The notes beneath the pieces are model-generated. The model made no database searches. It was not told the DNA's origin and was given only the letters and a program-made list of their open reading frames with translations. This document shows positions 28,886-38,069 of a stretch of 64,000 nucleotides of DNA, piece after piece. Position numbers and translations under genes: made by a program. Numbering within the stretch: position 1 is the first letter of the stretch; every line of letters starts with the position of its first letter. This DNA is from Oscillospiraceae bacterium (GTDB taxonomy: Bacteria > Bacillota > Clostridia > Oscillospirales > CAG-272), in NCBI GenBank assembly GCA_015064065.1, contig SVSY01000001.1, positions 1,460 through 65,459 on the forward strand, given 5' to 3'.

Positions 28886-30511
28886 TCAATCGCGCGACGG
28901 AGCAAACTCTTCCATTATCTTCAACGCTCCGCGTATTCCGTCGATGGCGGCACTCGTTATTCCGCCCGCGTATCCCGCACCCTCTCCACAGGGATATATC
29001 CTTCCCTTTCCGAGTGCGCGCATATCTTCACCGCGCAGTATCCTTACAGGTGCTGACGTTCTCGTCTCTACGCCCGTCAACACGGCGTCGTCGGCGGAAA
29101 ATCCCGACAGCTTTCTCTCAAAGGAAACAAGTCCTCTGCGAAGCTCGCCGCAAATAAAGCTCGGAAGTACGCCGTCAAGCGCACATTCCCTGACCGCGCC
29201 GCCGCGATAAGTAGGCATAATTCTGCCTATAGCTCGGCTATTGCTCTTTCCGAGAAATGCTCCAACCGTCTGCATCGGTGCGCTGTAGTCGCCCCCGCCT
29301 GCCGCAAAGGCTCTCTTTTCTATATTTCTCTGGAACTCTATTGCCCCCAAGGGCGTTCCGTCATAATCGTTTTTAAACACGCTGACCGCGACGGCTGAGT
29401 TAGAGTTAACTCCGTCGCGCGCGCTTCTGCTCATTCCGTTTACAACGACACCGCCGTCCTCCGACGCTGCCGCTACAACTTCTCCGCCGGGGCACATACA
29501 AAAGGTGTACACACCTCTGCCCGAGGAAGTATCCGAAAGATGATATTCACCCTTGCCAAGCTTTGGGTGTCCTGCCATATCTCCGTAGAGTGCTCTGTCG
29601 ATATCCTCACGAAGATGTTCTATTCTTACGCCTACGGAAAAGGACTTGGCCTCTATAGCGTATCCGTCTTCCAAAAGCATTTTGTACGTGTCTCTTGCGC
29701 TGTGTCCTATTGCCATAAGCACGGACGAAGCAACTATATCGCCTTTACTCGTTTTTACGAGTAAGTTCCCGTCGGCAAGCTCGCGTATGCCTTCCATACG
29801 CGTACGGTACATTACCTTTCCGCCAAGCTCTTCGATCCTAAGAAGCATTTTATCGACGATCTCAAGCAGAATATCGGTACCGATATGCGGCTTTGCCGCT
29901 GTCATTATCTCTTCGGGCGCGCCGAAATCGCAAAATCTACGCAGAACGTAGCCTATCTTTTCATCGTTTATACGCGTAAGCAACTTTCCGTCGGAAAAAG
30001 TGCCCGCACCGCCCGCGCCAAACTGTATATTGGATTCGGCATCGAGAATGCCAAATCTGTAAAAGCTATCGTATTTTTTCGCTCTTTGTCTGACGTCGTC
30101 ACCTCTGTCGATTATTATCGGCTCATATCCGTTCTCGGCGAGCAACAGCGCACCGAAAAGACCCGCAGGTCCCATTCCGACGACCAGCGGCTGTGCGCTT
30201 GCGCGAAGGCTTCCGCGGCATATATCAAGCTCTCCGTCAAAGAGAGCTGATATGCGGTATTTGCCGCTCTTAGTCGGCAAACGTACGGCGCGCGGAGAGT
30301 CAAATCTGCCCGCTACCGAATAAACGAGCCTTATATCGTTCTTTTTTCTTGCGTCGACCGAGCGTTTATATACGCTAAAATGAAGTCGTGCAGGGTCTAC
30401 CCCTGCACGCTTCAGCTCGGTTGCCGCAATTACGCAAGCTTCCTTTTCATCAACATCGGGCGGCAGACTTATACCGCTCACAAGAAATCCGTTATATTTT
30501 CCGTCGTTCAC
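28886..30511 (-). CDS. NAD(P)/FAD-dependent oxidoreductase (COG2509-like)
   Basis: Dinucleotide fold GMGPAGLFGALLLAENG; GGAGGGG RBS 6 nt before the GTG at 30511. Confidence 0.7.
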   Translation of the reverse strand: MNDGKYNGFLVSGISLPPDVDEKEACVIAATELKRAGVDPARLHFSVYKRSVDARKKNDIRLVYSVAGRFDSPRAVRLPTKSGKYRISALFDGELDICRGSLRASAQPLVVGMGPAGLFGALLLAENGYEPIIIDRGDDVRQRAKKYDSFYRFGILDAESNIQFGAGGAGTFSDGKLLTRINDEKIGYVLRRFCDFGAPEEIMTAAKPHIGTDILLEIVDKMLLRIEELGGKVMYRTRMEGIRELADGNLLVKTSKGDIVASSVLMAIGHSARDTYKMLLEDGYAIEAKSFSVGVRIEHLREDIDRALYGDMAGHPKLGKGEYHLSDTSSGRGVYTFCMCPGGEVVAAASEDGGVVVNGMSRSARDGVNSNSAVAVSVFKNDYDGTPLGAIEFQRNIEKRAFAAGGGDYSAPMQTVGAFLGKSNSRAIGRIMPTYRGGAVRECALDGVLPSFICGELRRGLVSFERKLSGFSADDAVLTGVETRTSAPVRILRGEDMRALGKGRIYPCGEGAGYAGGITSAAIDGIRGALKIMEEFAPSRD

Positions 30512-30553
30512 GTCTGCCCCTCCGTTACGCAAATTGCAAAAAAATTAATTCCT

Positions 30554-30775
30554 TCAGCCGTTTTTCTGTTGCTCCGACACCCCATTTAAAGCATCGTAAA
30601 GCTCATCCTGCTTTTGCATTTGACTGTTTTGCACGTTAGTCGCGTGTATCCATATTATAAGCGCAACTATCAAACAGAGCGCGAAGGCAAATATATCGTT
30701 TTTCTTATATTTTTTATTTTTTACCACGAGGCGCTGCTCATTGGCGGCAGCGCTGTTAAGTTCCTTGTCAGACAT
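30554..30775 (-). CDS. 73-aa single-pass membrane protein (CdaR N-terminal-anchor-like)
   Basis: GGAGGAG RBS; one TM helix (IFAFALCLIVALIIWIHATNVQNSQ); sits immediately downstream of cdaA where cdaR normally lies. Confidence 0.55.
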   Translation of the reverse strand: MSDKELNSAAANEQRLVVKNKKYKKNDIFAFALCLIVALIIWIHATNVQNSQMQKQDELYDALNGVSEQQKNG

Positions 30776-30795
30776 ATTCTCCTCCTTAACGTGTA

Positions 30796-31698
30796 CTACT
30801 TGACAGACTTCTTTTTGGAGATCGCCGTCTTTAGTGCCTTTGCGCGAGGCTTTTGAGAATTGTTGGTCTCGGGGATAAGTATCTTTTCAAGAGCAGTGCG
30901 GAGCGAGGTATATGTAAATCCGCGCTCAAGCTCTCCGTCTATCGAAAGCGATATCTTTCCCGTCTCTTCAGAAACGACTACTACTACCGCATCAGTGGAT
31001 TCGGTAGTTCCTATTGCCGCTCTGTGTCTTGTTCCGAGCTCACTGTCTATATCTACACGGTTGGTCATCGGCAATACGCAGGCTGCGGAATCTATTCTTC
31101 CATTTTTGATTATTACCGCTCCGTCGTGAAGCGCTGTTCCCTTGTAGAATATCGAGCAGAGGATATCGGGAGACATCACCGCGTCGACGGCGCTTCCCGT
31201 TCTCTTATACTCCGAAAGCGAATTCTGTCTTTCTATAACTATCAACGCTCCGTGTCCCGCAGAGGAAAGCTTTTGTGCCGCACGGGATACCGACTCGATA
31301 ACGTAATGCGAGGTAACGTCGTCTTTCGTGTTATTTCCGTGTGGATTATGAAAATTGAAGACCTTAAGTCCTCCTATCTTTTCAAGTGCTGAGCGAAGCT
31401 CGGGCTGAAAGATTATCATAAGCGCGATAAGTCCGAGTTGTTTGAAATCTCCGAACACGAACCCAAGAGCCGAAAGGTGCGCCGCATCCACCAAAAAGAG
31501 CGCGAGCAAAAAGAGCATTACGCCCATTATTATCTTCATCGCACGTCTCTTTTTCGCAAAGCGGTAAAGGAAGAAGAATATGCAGGCAAGCGCAAATATA
31601 TCTATAACGTCCTTTATCCCTATGGTAGATAAAGTATGCAGGACTTTGTCGTTCATAAACGAAACCATACTATTCCAAGCCTTCTCAAAGAATCCCAT
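30796..31698 (-). CDS. cdaA: Diadenylate cyclase CdaA
   Basis: Three N-terminal TM helices plus a DAC domain (GALIVIERQ, LHDGAVII, GTRHRAAIG). Confidence 0.9.
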   Translation of the reverse strand: MGFFEKAWNSMVSFMNDKVLHTLSTIGIKDVIDIFALACIFFFLYRFAKKRRAMKIIMGVMLFLLALFLVDAAHLSALGFVFGDFKQLGLIALMIIFQPELRSALEKIGGLKVFNFHNPHGNNTKDDVTSHYVIESVSRAAQKLSSAGHGALIVIERQNSLSEYKRTGSAVDAVMSPDILCSIFYKGTALHDGAVIIKNGRIDSAACVLPMTNRVDIDSELGTRHRAAIGTTESTDAVVVVVSEETGKISLSIDGELERGFTYTSLRTALEKILIPETNNSQKPRAKALKTAISKKKSVK

Positions 31699-31779
31699 CT
31701 ATCCGCCCCCTTCTCATAAAATTGGTTATGATGTCGGCACATATCCAATATGTGACACTAACCCATATTACCTTATAAC

Positions 31780-31808
31780 ATTATATCATACATATTCTGT
31801 TTTTTCAA
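31780..31808 (-). promoter_or_regulatory. Sigma-A-type promoter of cdaA
   Basis: On the minus strand: TTGAAA, 17 nt, TATAAT. Confidence 0.5.
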
Positions 31809-31851
31809 TAGAGTATATAAAAATTTATAATATATTTTTTACCTTCCGCGC

Positions 31852-31892
31852 AAAAAAGCGGTGCGGACAATTTATTTCCGCACCGCTTTTTT
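31852..31892. terminator. Bidirectional terminator directly after the nuclease gene
   Basis: AAAAAAGCGGTGCGGA / TCCGCACCGCTTTTTT arms with a 9-nt loop. Confidence 0.8.
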
Positions 31893-31893
31893 A

Positions 31894-32937
31894 TTAAGTT
31901 CCCGCTCGGCATATACCGCATTTGGTATAGCCCTCGGCGATCAATTCGTCAAGATCTCCGTTATACTCCTGTCGGTTGCCTTCGAGCATTTGCTCCGCAT
32001 TTGAACAGGTAGGTATATGTATCTTTTTGCTGTTTGTGTTAAGAATATACTTCGGTGAGCCGTTTTCGTTCTCAGCCTCTCCATTCTCCGTATTTTCGTC
32101 CTCTTCGGGAATCACCTGCTCTGTCGAGAGCCAATTCTTACCCGTCTTGTAGTCTATCGTTATACCGGGCTGAACGTTGTAGGCATAAACGTTGAAGCTT
32201 ATTCCCTCCCCGTTATCCTCTACCGAGTAAGCCTCCATATGTACTCCGCGTGCTACGAGCTCGTTTTCGTAAAACATCGGCGTTACGCGATACATAACGT
32301 GATTTCCCGTTTCCTTGACGTAGTCGGCTATCATATTTTCAAAGTCGACCATTCCGTCCCAATTCATATAACGAGTTCCGGTAATGAGATTTTTCTCATT
32401 GTCGTTCTCGCCCGTAAGCTGAAATCCGATAAGATGGCATCTGTTATAGAGATTTCCACCGCTCACAAGGCTACTGTCGTATTTGCCTTGTATCCAACCG
32501 GTCGGCTTTATATGTCCTATATCTCCGCGGTCCTCGGTCGGCATCAGGTCTTTACCGATACACGCCATAACGTAGCCGCAACGTCCAAAAGAGTCGAGAT
32601 CGCTGAAAAACTCATAGCTCTTTGTAGTTATCTCTTCTGCAGTAAACGTGGGGGTATTAGAGTTTACTGCGGCAAATGGCTTGTTTGTGAACTGAGGTAT
32701 CCCGAGAAGGTCGCATATCGGGTCTTTTTGCGACGGAGTCGGGTCTTTCTGTTCGCCTGACGTCTCCTGCTCGGCTTCGGTCTGCGTCGGCTTTGTCGCC
32801 TTTTCGGTAGACTCCAATATGACCTTTTCGAGTTCGTCGTCAAAATTCTTTTCTACGTCGCAACCGACAAGCGCAAGGCAAAGTGCCAACAGCAACGCAA
32901 GCAGAGCAAGCGTCGTTCTCTTAAATATACTTCTCAT
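31894..32937 (-). CDS. Secreted DNA/RNA non-specific endonuclease lipoprotein
   Basis: Lipobox LVGCDV; nuclease core YNRCHLIGFQLTGENDNEKNLITGTRYMN; C-terminal H/C cluster HIPTC...CGICRAG. Confidence 0.8.
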   Translation of the reverse strand: MRSIFKRTTLALLALLLALCLALVGCDVEKNFDDELEKVILESTEKATKPTQTEAEQETSGEQKDPTPSQKDPICDLLGIPQFTNKPFAAVNSNTPTFTAEEITTKSYEFFSDLDSFGRCGYVMACIGKDLMPTEDRGDIGHIKPTGWIQGKYDSSLVSGGNLYNRCHLIGFQLTGENDNEKNLITGTRYMNWDGMVDFENMIADYVKETGNHVMYRVTPMFYENELVARGVHMEAYSVEDNGEGISFNVYAYNVQPGITIDYKTGKNWLSTEQVIPEEDENTENGEAENENGSPKYILNTNSKKIHIPTCSNAEQMLEGNRQEYNGDLDELIAEGYTKCGICRAGT

Positions 32938-33344
32938 TTTGTAAAGATCTCCTTGGTTATTTTATCGTGTGACGACCCTTGAAATTCAGAGACCGAAACG
33001 CACTTGAAGCCATGCTCTTCGGGCTCAAGGTCAAAGAAGATATCGGTCGGATAGCTTCTGTTCCAGCGGTATATTATTATTTCTTCGAGCTTATCAATAT
33101 ATCCCGAAAGCGCTCTGTTTTCCACGAAGCAGAGGTCCCCGTCGCCCGCAAGCTCTAAAAAATCCGCGTCGCATACGATATCCGCGCCGCTATCCTCAAA
33201 AAGCATTTTGGAATACGGATCTATAAACAGACGGCTTCCTTTCGACATAGCGACTACGTCGGCGTTGAGCACTCTGTCGCGGCTCTGTCTGCGCTCGTTG
33301 AAAAACATTCCGCGCTTGTCGTCAAGACATACTATTACCTTCAT
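32934..33344 (-). CDS. Hypothetical 136-aa acidic protein (possibly DHFR-fold-like)
   Basis: Intact ORF; ATGA overlap with the nuclease gene and 3 nt after the pncB stop. The N-terminus MKVIVCLDDKRGMFFNERRQSRD only vaguely recalls the DHFR/RibD_C fold. Confidence 0.5.
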   Translation of the reverse strand: MKVIVCLDDKRGMFFNERRQSRDRVLNADVVAMSKGSRLFIDPYSKMLFEDSGADIVCDADFLELAGDGDLCFVENRALSGYIDKLEEIIIYRWNRSYPTDIFFDLEPEEHGFKCVSVSEFQGSSHDKITKEIFTK

Positions 33345-33347
33345 AGC

Positions 33348-34799
33348 TTAGCGTCTTCCGTGCGCCGCAAGCATATCGTGCTTGAGCTTCCAGAGCTTTT
33401 CAGAGAGGTCAACGTAGTAATTGTGAGGATTGCTGAAGCGGCGTACCTCGTCCCACATTCCCTCTATCTCCTCGGCACAGTGTGCTCTTATCTGCTGAAG
33501 AGTGGGAAGCTCATAGACCTGCTCTCCATCCTTGAATATCGGAACTAAAAGCTCGGTAGCAGTAAAGTTCTCAAGCGTCTTACGCTTCCACGTAGCTACG
33601 GGGTCGAATATCTCAAGCGGCTTCGTATCGTCCACGATCTCGTCGTAAACGCATATAAGGTCTGCTTCCGCCTTGCCTGTCTCGCGTCCGCGGAGTCTGT
33701 ATACCTTCTTGAAGTGAGGTGTGGTGATCTTTCCTACGTTTTCGCTTATCTTTATCTTGGGAATAACCGTTCCGTCATCGGCCTCGATAGCGCATACCTT
33801 ATATACACCGCCGAAAACGGGATCGCTCTTAGCCGTGATAAGACGCTCACCTACACCAAAGGAATCTATCTCAGCGCCCTGACGGATAAGCTCGCGGATA
33901 ATGTACTCGTCCATAGAGTTCGAAACCACTATCTTACACTCGGGAAGTCCCGCATCGTCAAGCATCTTGCGGACCTTTTTGGTAAGATAAGTAACGTCTC
34001 CCGAGTCGATACGCACCGCGCAGTTACGTATTCCCTGCGGATGAAGTATAGTCTTGAAAGCCTTTATAGCATTTGGAACGCCGCTCTCAAGCACGTTATA
34101 AGTGTCTACGAGCAGAGTTGCGTTCTTGGGGTATATCTTACAATAGGTCTCGAATGCCTCGTACTCGGTATCGAAAAGCTGCACCCATGAGTGTGCCATA
34201 GTTCCGACGGCGGGAACTCCGTACGCTTCGTCAGCTATCGTGCAAGCGGTAGAACCGCAACCGCCGATATATGCTGCTCTTGCACCGAGCATAGCCGCGT
34301 CAGCACCCTGCGCTCTGCGCGAGCCGAACTCACTTACAGGTCTTCCCTTTGCGGCTCTGGTTATTCTCGATGCCTTTGTAGCTATAAGCGATTGATGGTT
34401 TATCATCATAAGAACGTAGGTCTCGATAAACTGTGCCTCAACGATAGGAGCACGCACCGTCATAAGCGGCTCACCGGGAAATACGACGGTTCCCTCGGGG
34501 ATAGCCCATATATCTCCGCTGAATTTGAAATTGCTCAGATACTCCAAAAACTCCTCGTTAAAGCAGCCTCTGCCGCGAAGATATTCGATATCCTCTTTGT
34601 CAAAGCGCAGATCGTTGATGTACTCAACTATCTGTTCAAGTCCCGCTACTATAGCATATCCTCCGTTGTCGGGATTGTCGCGGTAAAAAACATCGAAATA
34701 AACGATCTTATCCTTCATTCCGTTCACGAAATATCCGTTACCCATAGTGAGCTCGTAATAGTCGCAAAGCATCGTAAGATTTCTCTTGATATCCTTCAT
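33348..34799 (-). CDS. pncB: Nicotinate phosphoribosyltransferase
   Basis: 483 aa; GTMAHSWVQLF phosphohistidine region; full-length NAPRTase-like sequence. Confidence 0.9.
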   Translation of the reverse strand: MKDIKRNLTMLCDYYELTMGNGYFVNGMKDKIVYFDVFYRDNPDNGGYAIVAGLEQIVEYINDLRFDKEDIEYLRGRGCFNEEFLEYLSNFKFSGDIWAIPEGTVVFPGEPLMTVRAPIVEAQFIETYVLMMINHQSLIATKASRITRAAKGRPVSEFGSRRAQGADAAMLGARAAYIGGCGSTACTIADEAYGVPAVGTMAHSWVQLFDTEYEAFETYCKIYPKNATLLVDTYNVLESGVPNAIKAFKTILHPQGIRNCAVRIDSGDVTYLTKKVRKMLDDAGLPECKIVVSNSMDEYIIRELIRQGAEIDSFGVGERLITAKSDPVFGGVYKVCAIEADDGTVIPKIKISENVGKITTPHFKKVYRLRGRETGKAEADLICVYDEIVDDTKPLEIFDPVATWKRKTLENFTATELLVPIFKDGEQVYELPTLQQIRAHCAEEIEGMWDEVRRFSNPHNYYVDLSEKLWKLKHDMLAAHGRR

Positions 34800-34935
34800 T
34801 TTTTCCTCCTTATTTTCAGAAAACTCTGTAAAGTAATATATTGGTTATAGTATAACGCTTTTTCGCAATTTTGTCAATGACCGTGAAGTATTTTTTTACT
34901 TTTCAAAAAATCAAACACATAAATCGTTATGCGAC

Positions 34936-34964
34936 TTGACAATTAACAAAATGAATGGTAGAAT
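34936..34964 (+). promoter_or_regulatory. Sigma-A-type promoter
   Basis: TTGACA, 17 nt, TAGAAT with TGn. Confidence 0.55.
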
Positions 34965-34993
34965 ATATGGGATATATTTTTCAGGAGAACGAT

Positions 34994-35497
34994 ATGAATA
35001 AAGAAGAAGTACGTATTAAAATAGTATCCGAGCTGTATGAGGTCGAAGAATCTCTTTTCTCTACTCTTCCCGAGGACGACGGCGGTCTTGAGGAAGCTAT
35101 AGCGGAGGCTGCCGCTCCCGAAGAAGAATCGGACGTTTTGAAGATAAACACCTGTGGAACGCTCACCGTCGACGGCGGAAGAATCACATATTCTTACGAC
35201 GAGACCGAAAGCACGGGAATGGAGGGCTCTGTCACCTCCGTTACATATATGCAGAACTGCCCTGACGTTGTCACTATGACCCGCGAAGGAACGGTATCCG
35301 CAACACTCGTCTTCGAAGAGGGAAAACGTCACCACTGCATATATAACACGCCTATAATGCCGTTTGAGATATGCGTGAGAACGAAAAAAGTCGTCAACAG
35401 ACTTCACATAAACGGAACGCTCGAACTCGATTACATAATAGAAATACGCGGTGCAAAAGCCGAAAGAACAAGATTTTTTATGCAGGTGCTGAAGTAA
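34994..35497 (+). CDS. DUF1934 (YwiB-like) beta-barrel protein
   Basis: LVFEEGKRHHCIYNTPIMPFEICV...LELDYIIEI pattern; AGGAGA RBS before the ATG at 34994. Confidence 0.7.
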   Translation: MNKEEVRIKIVSELYEVEESLFSTLPEDDGGLEEAIAEAAAPEEESDVLKINTCGTLTVDGGRITYSYDETESTGMEGSVTSVTYMQNCPDVVTMTREGTVSATLVFEEGKRHHCIYNTPIMPFEICVRTKKVVNRLHINGTLELDYIIEIRGAKAERTRFFMQVLK

Positions 35498-35513
35498 TTC
35501 AGCACCTTTTGTT
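35484..35513 (+). terminator. Rho-independent terminator
   Basis: AGGTGCTGAA / TTCAGCACCT stem whose GTAA loop includes the stop codon, then TTTTGTT. Confidence 0.7.
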
Positions 35514-35578
35514 AATTTCTACCAATTTTTACCAAATAACTTTGTTTATTTTTGTAACTGCCAATTTTTGTAAATTCC

Positions 35579-35607
35579 TTGCATTTTACTTTGAAATATG
35601 GTAAAAT
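35579..35607 (+). promoter_or_regulatory. Sigma-A-type promoter of spo0A
   Basis: TTGCAT, 17 nt, TAAAAT with TGn. Confidence 0.5.
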
Positions 35608-35640
35608 ATGGTTGTTGAACAAATATTTGGAGGAACATCT

Positions 35641-36417
35641 ATGAAAAAAGCCATTAAAATATTGATAGCAGACGAAAACCCAAGCGAAAGACTCGCACTT
35701 TGCAATGAACTGCGCCGTGCGGGATTTACAAATCTACTCGAAGCAGGAAACGGAGAGGAAGCGCTCATACAGATAGGCAAGAACCACCCTGACATCGCGA
35801 TAGTTGACGTGTGGCTCTCAAAGCTTGACGGAATAGGTGTGCTGCGTAATGCGCAGAACCTGAAATTTGCACCCGACAAGCCTCCCGCCTTCATCGTAGT
35901 TTCAATGGTATCAAAGCAGAGCACCTTTATCGAGGCGGCTAACGCAGGCGCGGATCTCTGCTTGCTCAAGCCCTATAACGTCGAAAGTCTATGTAAGCAT
36001 ATCACTGCCCTTGCAAAAAGCCGAGACGGAGAGATCGAGCCCGAAGCCGAGGAAGAAAAAGTACCCGATATGGAAACGCAGGTCACGAAGATCATACATC
36101 AGATAGGTGTTCCCGCACATATAAAAGGATATCAGTATCTCCGCACGGCAATTCTGCTTACCGTCAAGGACAGCGACATCATCAACAGCGTAACGAAAAT
36201 ACTCTACCCCAGTGTCGCAAAGCAGTATCAGACCACGACCAGCCGCGTCGAGCGCGCAATACGCCACGCCATCGAGGTCGCGTGGGACAGAGGCGACGTG
36301 GATACGCTCAACTCCTACTTTGGATACACCATTCAAAACAATCGAGGCAAGCCCACGAATAGCGAGTTTATCGCCATGATAGCGGATAATTTGAGATTGA
36401 AGTATAAGATCAAATAA
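35641..36417 (+). CDS. spo0A: Sporulation master regulator Spo0A
   Basis: Receiver domain (IADEN, VDVWLSKLDG, KPYN) plus Spo0A-specific C-terminus (HQIGVPAHIKGYQYLR, SRVERAIRHAIEVAW); GGAGGA RBS. Confidence 0.93.
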   Translation: MKKAIKILIADENPSERLALCNELRRAGFTNLLEAGNGEEALIQIGKNHPDIAIVDVWLSKLDGIGVLRNAQNLKFAPDKPPAFIVVSMVSKQSTFIEAANAGADLCLLKPYNVESLCKHITALAKSRDGEIEPEAEEEKVPDMETQVTKIIHQIGVPAHIKGYQYLRTAILLTVKDSDIINSVTKILYPSVAKQYQTTTSRVERAIRHAIEVAWDRGDVDTLNSYFGYTIQNNRGKPTNSEFIAMIADNLRLKYKIK

Positions 36418-36427
36418 CCTATGAAAG

Positions 36428-36465
36428 CAAAGCTTCCCCTGCAACGATCGCGGGGAAGCTTTTTA
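36428..36465 (+). terminator. Rho-independent terminator of spo0A
   Basis: AAAGCTTCCCC / GGGGAAGCTTT stem followed by TTT. Confidence 0.7.
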
Positions 36466-36576
36466 GTTATTAAAATTCAACAAACTGCTTTACAAAATAC
36501 TTTTAAAGTGATATAATATTGTGGTATAGCAAACGATAATACGCCGTCAAAATACTACTGTTTTAGGAGAAATACA

Positions 36577-37161
36577 ATGAAAAGATACTTAACCGTTGTT
36601 TTATGTCTTGCGTTGCTCGCAACGCTCAGCAGCTGTTCAAAGAAAAACGGAGAGTCAAAAAATGAACACCGTCACGTTTGGGGAGAGTGGACTGTCACAA
36701 AGGACTCTACCTGTGCAGAGGAAGGAGAGGCTGTACGTGTCTGTAAATGCGGTGACAAGCAGACACACCCCATAGCTAAGCTGGCGCACACGATCGACTC
36801 AAAAGAAGTCACCCCCGCGACCTGTCTTAGTGCAGGATACACCACCTACATCTGCAAATGCGGTTATTCGTACAAGTCGGGAGAAATACCTGCAGGAAAT
36901 CACACCGTAAGCGAATGGACCACCACAAAGCAGGGCAATTGCAGCGAGGCAGGCGAGCGCACGGGCACTTGCACGGTGTGTTCGCAAACGGTGACCGAGA
37001 CCTTCTCGTCCGACGAGCACAGATACACGACGGTAACGGTTCCTCCAACCGAAACGGAGCCCGGATATACGACCTTCACCTGCGAGTTCTGCGGAACAGC
37101 TTATAACGATTATTACACAGACCCAACGGGACAGCCCGATCAGGATCAAGAAAACAACTGA
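36577..37161 (+). CDS. Lipoprotein with four His/Cys-rich ~38-aa repeats
   Basis: Lipobox LSSC; repeats of H-x12/13-C-x9-C-x(1,2)-C(G); AGGAGA RBS. Confidence 0.65.
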   Translation: MKRYLTVVLCLALLATLSSCSKKNGESKNEHRHVWGEWTVTKDSTCAEEGEAVRVCKCGDKQTHPIAKLAHTIDSKEVTPATCLSAGYTTYICKCGYSYKSGEIPAGNHTVSEWTTTKQGNCSEAGERTGTCTVCSQTVTETFSSDEHRYTTVTVPPTETEPGYTTFTCEFCGTAYNDYYTDPTGQPDQDQENN

Positions 37162-37179
37162 CAACTTGGAGGCAATTCT

Positions 37180-38031
37180 ATGAAACTCGGAATATCGCTC
37201 GGTAGACCCAATATAAATGCCGACACCTTCAAAAAATGCAGGAACGCAGGCATAGACGGCATTGAAATATCTCTCGGCGCGAAAGAAAATGCCGATGGCT
37301 TTGATTTTTTGGCAGCAAAGGCTCTTGCAGACGAATACGACCTTGAGCTTCACTCCTTCCACCTTCCCTTTCTTCCCTTCAATCTCATAGACGTATCCGC
37401 GCCTGCCGTAGCAGAAAGCTCTGTTGAGTATCTCTCAGCTCTTATCGAAAAGGCTACGGACGTCGGTATAAAGACCATCGTCATACATCCGAGCGGCGAG
37501 CCTATCGCAGAAGAGGACAGACCCGTGCGTATGGCGACCGCCAAGAAGAGCCTTTGCGCTCTTGCTGACCTTGCAAGCTCGCTCGGTGCTACTATTGCCG
37601 TAGAGGATCTGCCAAGGACCTGCCTCGGAAGAAATTCGGACGACATCCTCGATCTGATCTCCGCACACCCTGCCCTTCGCGTTTGCTTTGACACCAATCA
37701 CCTTTTGAATGAAAGCATCCACGACTTCATAATGAAGGTCGAGGCAAGCACCGTGACTACACACGTATCTGATTACGACGCCATAAATGAAAGGCATTGG
37801 CTTGCGGGCGAAGGTGTTATTGATTGGAAGTCACTCAAGAACGATCTGCTTTCGGTGGGCTACGACGGCTATTGGCTCTATGAGCTTGGACTCTCCAAGG
37901 ACAGCAATACTATCACTCGCGACAGATGCCTCACCTACGATGATTTCCGCCGCAATTACGACGAGATAATGGCTGATAAGCCTATAACAACGGTCGGTAA
38001 AGGAAAAAAGGATCTTCCTATGTTTCCGTAA
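37180..38031 (+). CDS. Sugar phosphate isomerase/epimerase (xylose-isomerase-like TIM barrel)
   Basis: 283 aa; AP-endonuclease-2/TIM-barrel pattern (VIHPSG, VEDLP, CFDTNH); GGAGG RBS; 18 nt after the lipoprotein gene. Confidence 0.7.
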   Translation: MKLGISLGRPNINADTFKKCRNAGIDGIEISLGAKENADGFDFLAAKALADEYDLELHSFHLPFLPFNLIDVSAPAVAESSVEYLSALIEKATDVGIKTIVIHPSGEPIAEEDRPVRMATAKKSLCALADLASSLGATIAVEDLPRTCLGRNSDDILDLISAHPALRVCFDTNHLLNESIHDFIMKVEASTVTTHVSDYDAINERHWLAGEGVIDWKSLKNDLLSVGYDGYWLYELGLSKDSNTITRDRCLTYDDFRRNYDEIMADKPITTVGKGKKDLPMFP

Positions 38032-38035
38032 AAAC

Positions 38036-38069
38036 AATAAGAGCTCGGGATCGCTCCCGAGCTCTTATT
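38036..38069. terminator. Bidirectional terminator between convergent genes
   Basis: 15-bp perfect stem AATAAGAGCTCGGGA / TCCCGAGCTCTTATT with a 4-nt loop, abutting both stop codons. Confidence 0.75.
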
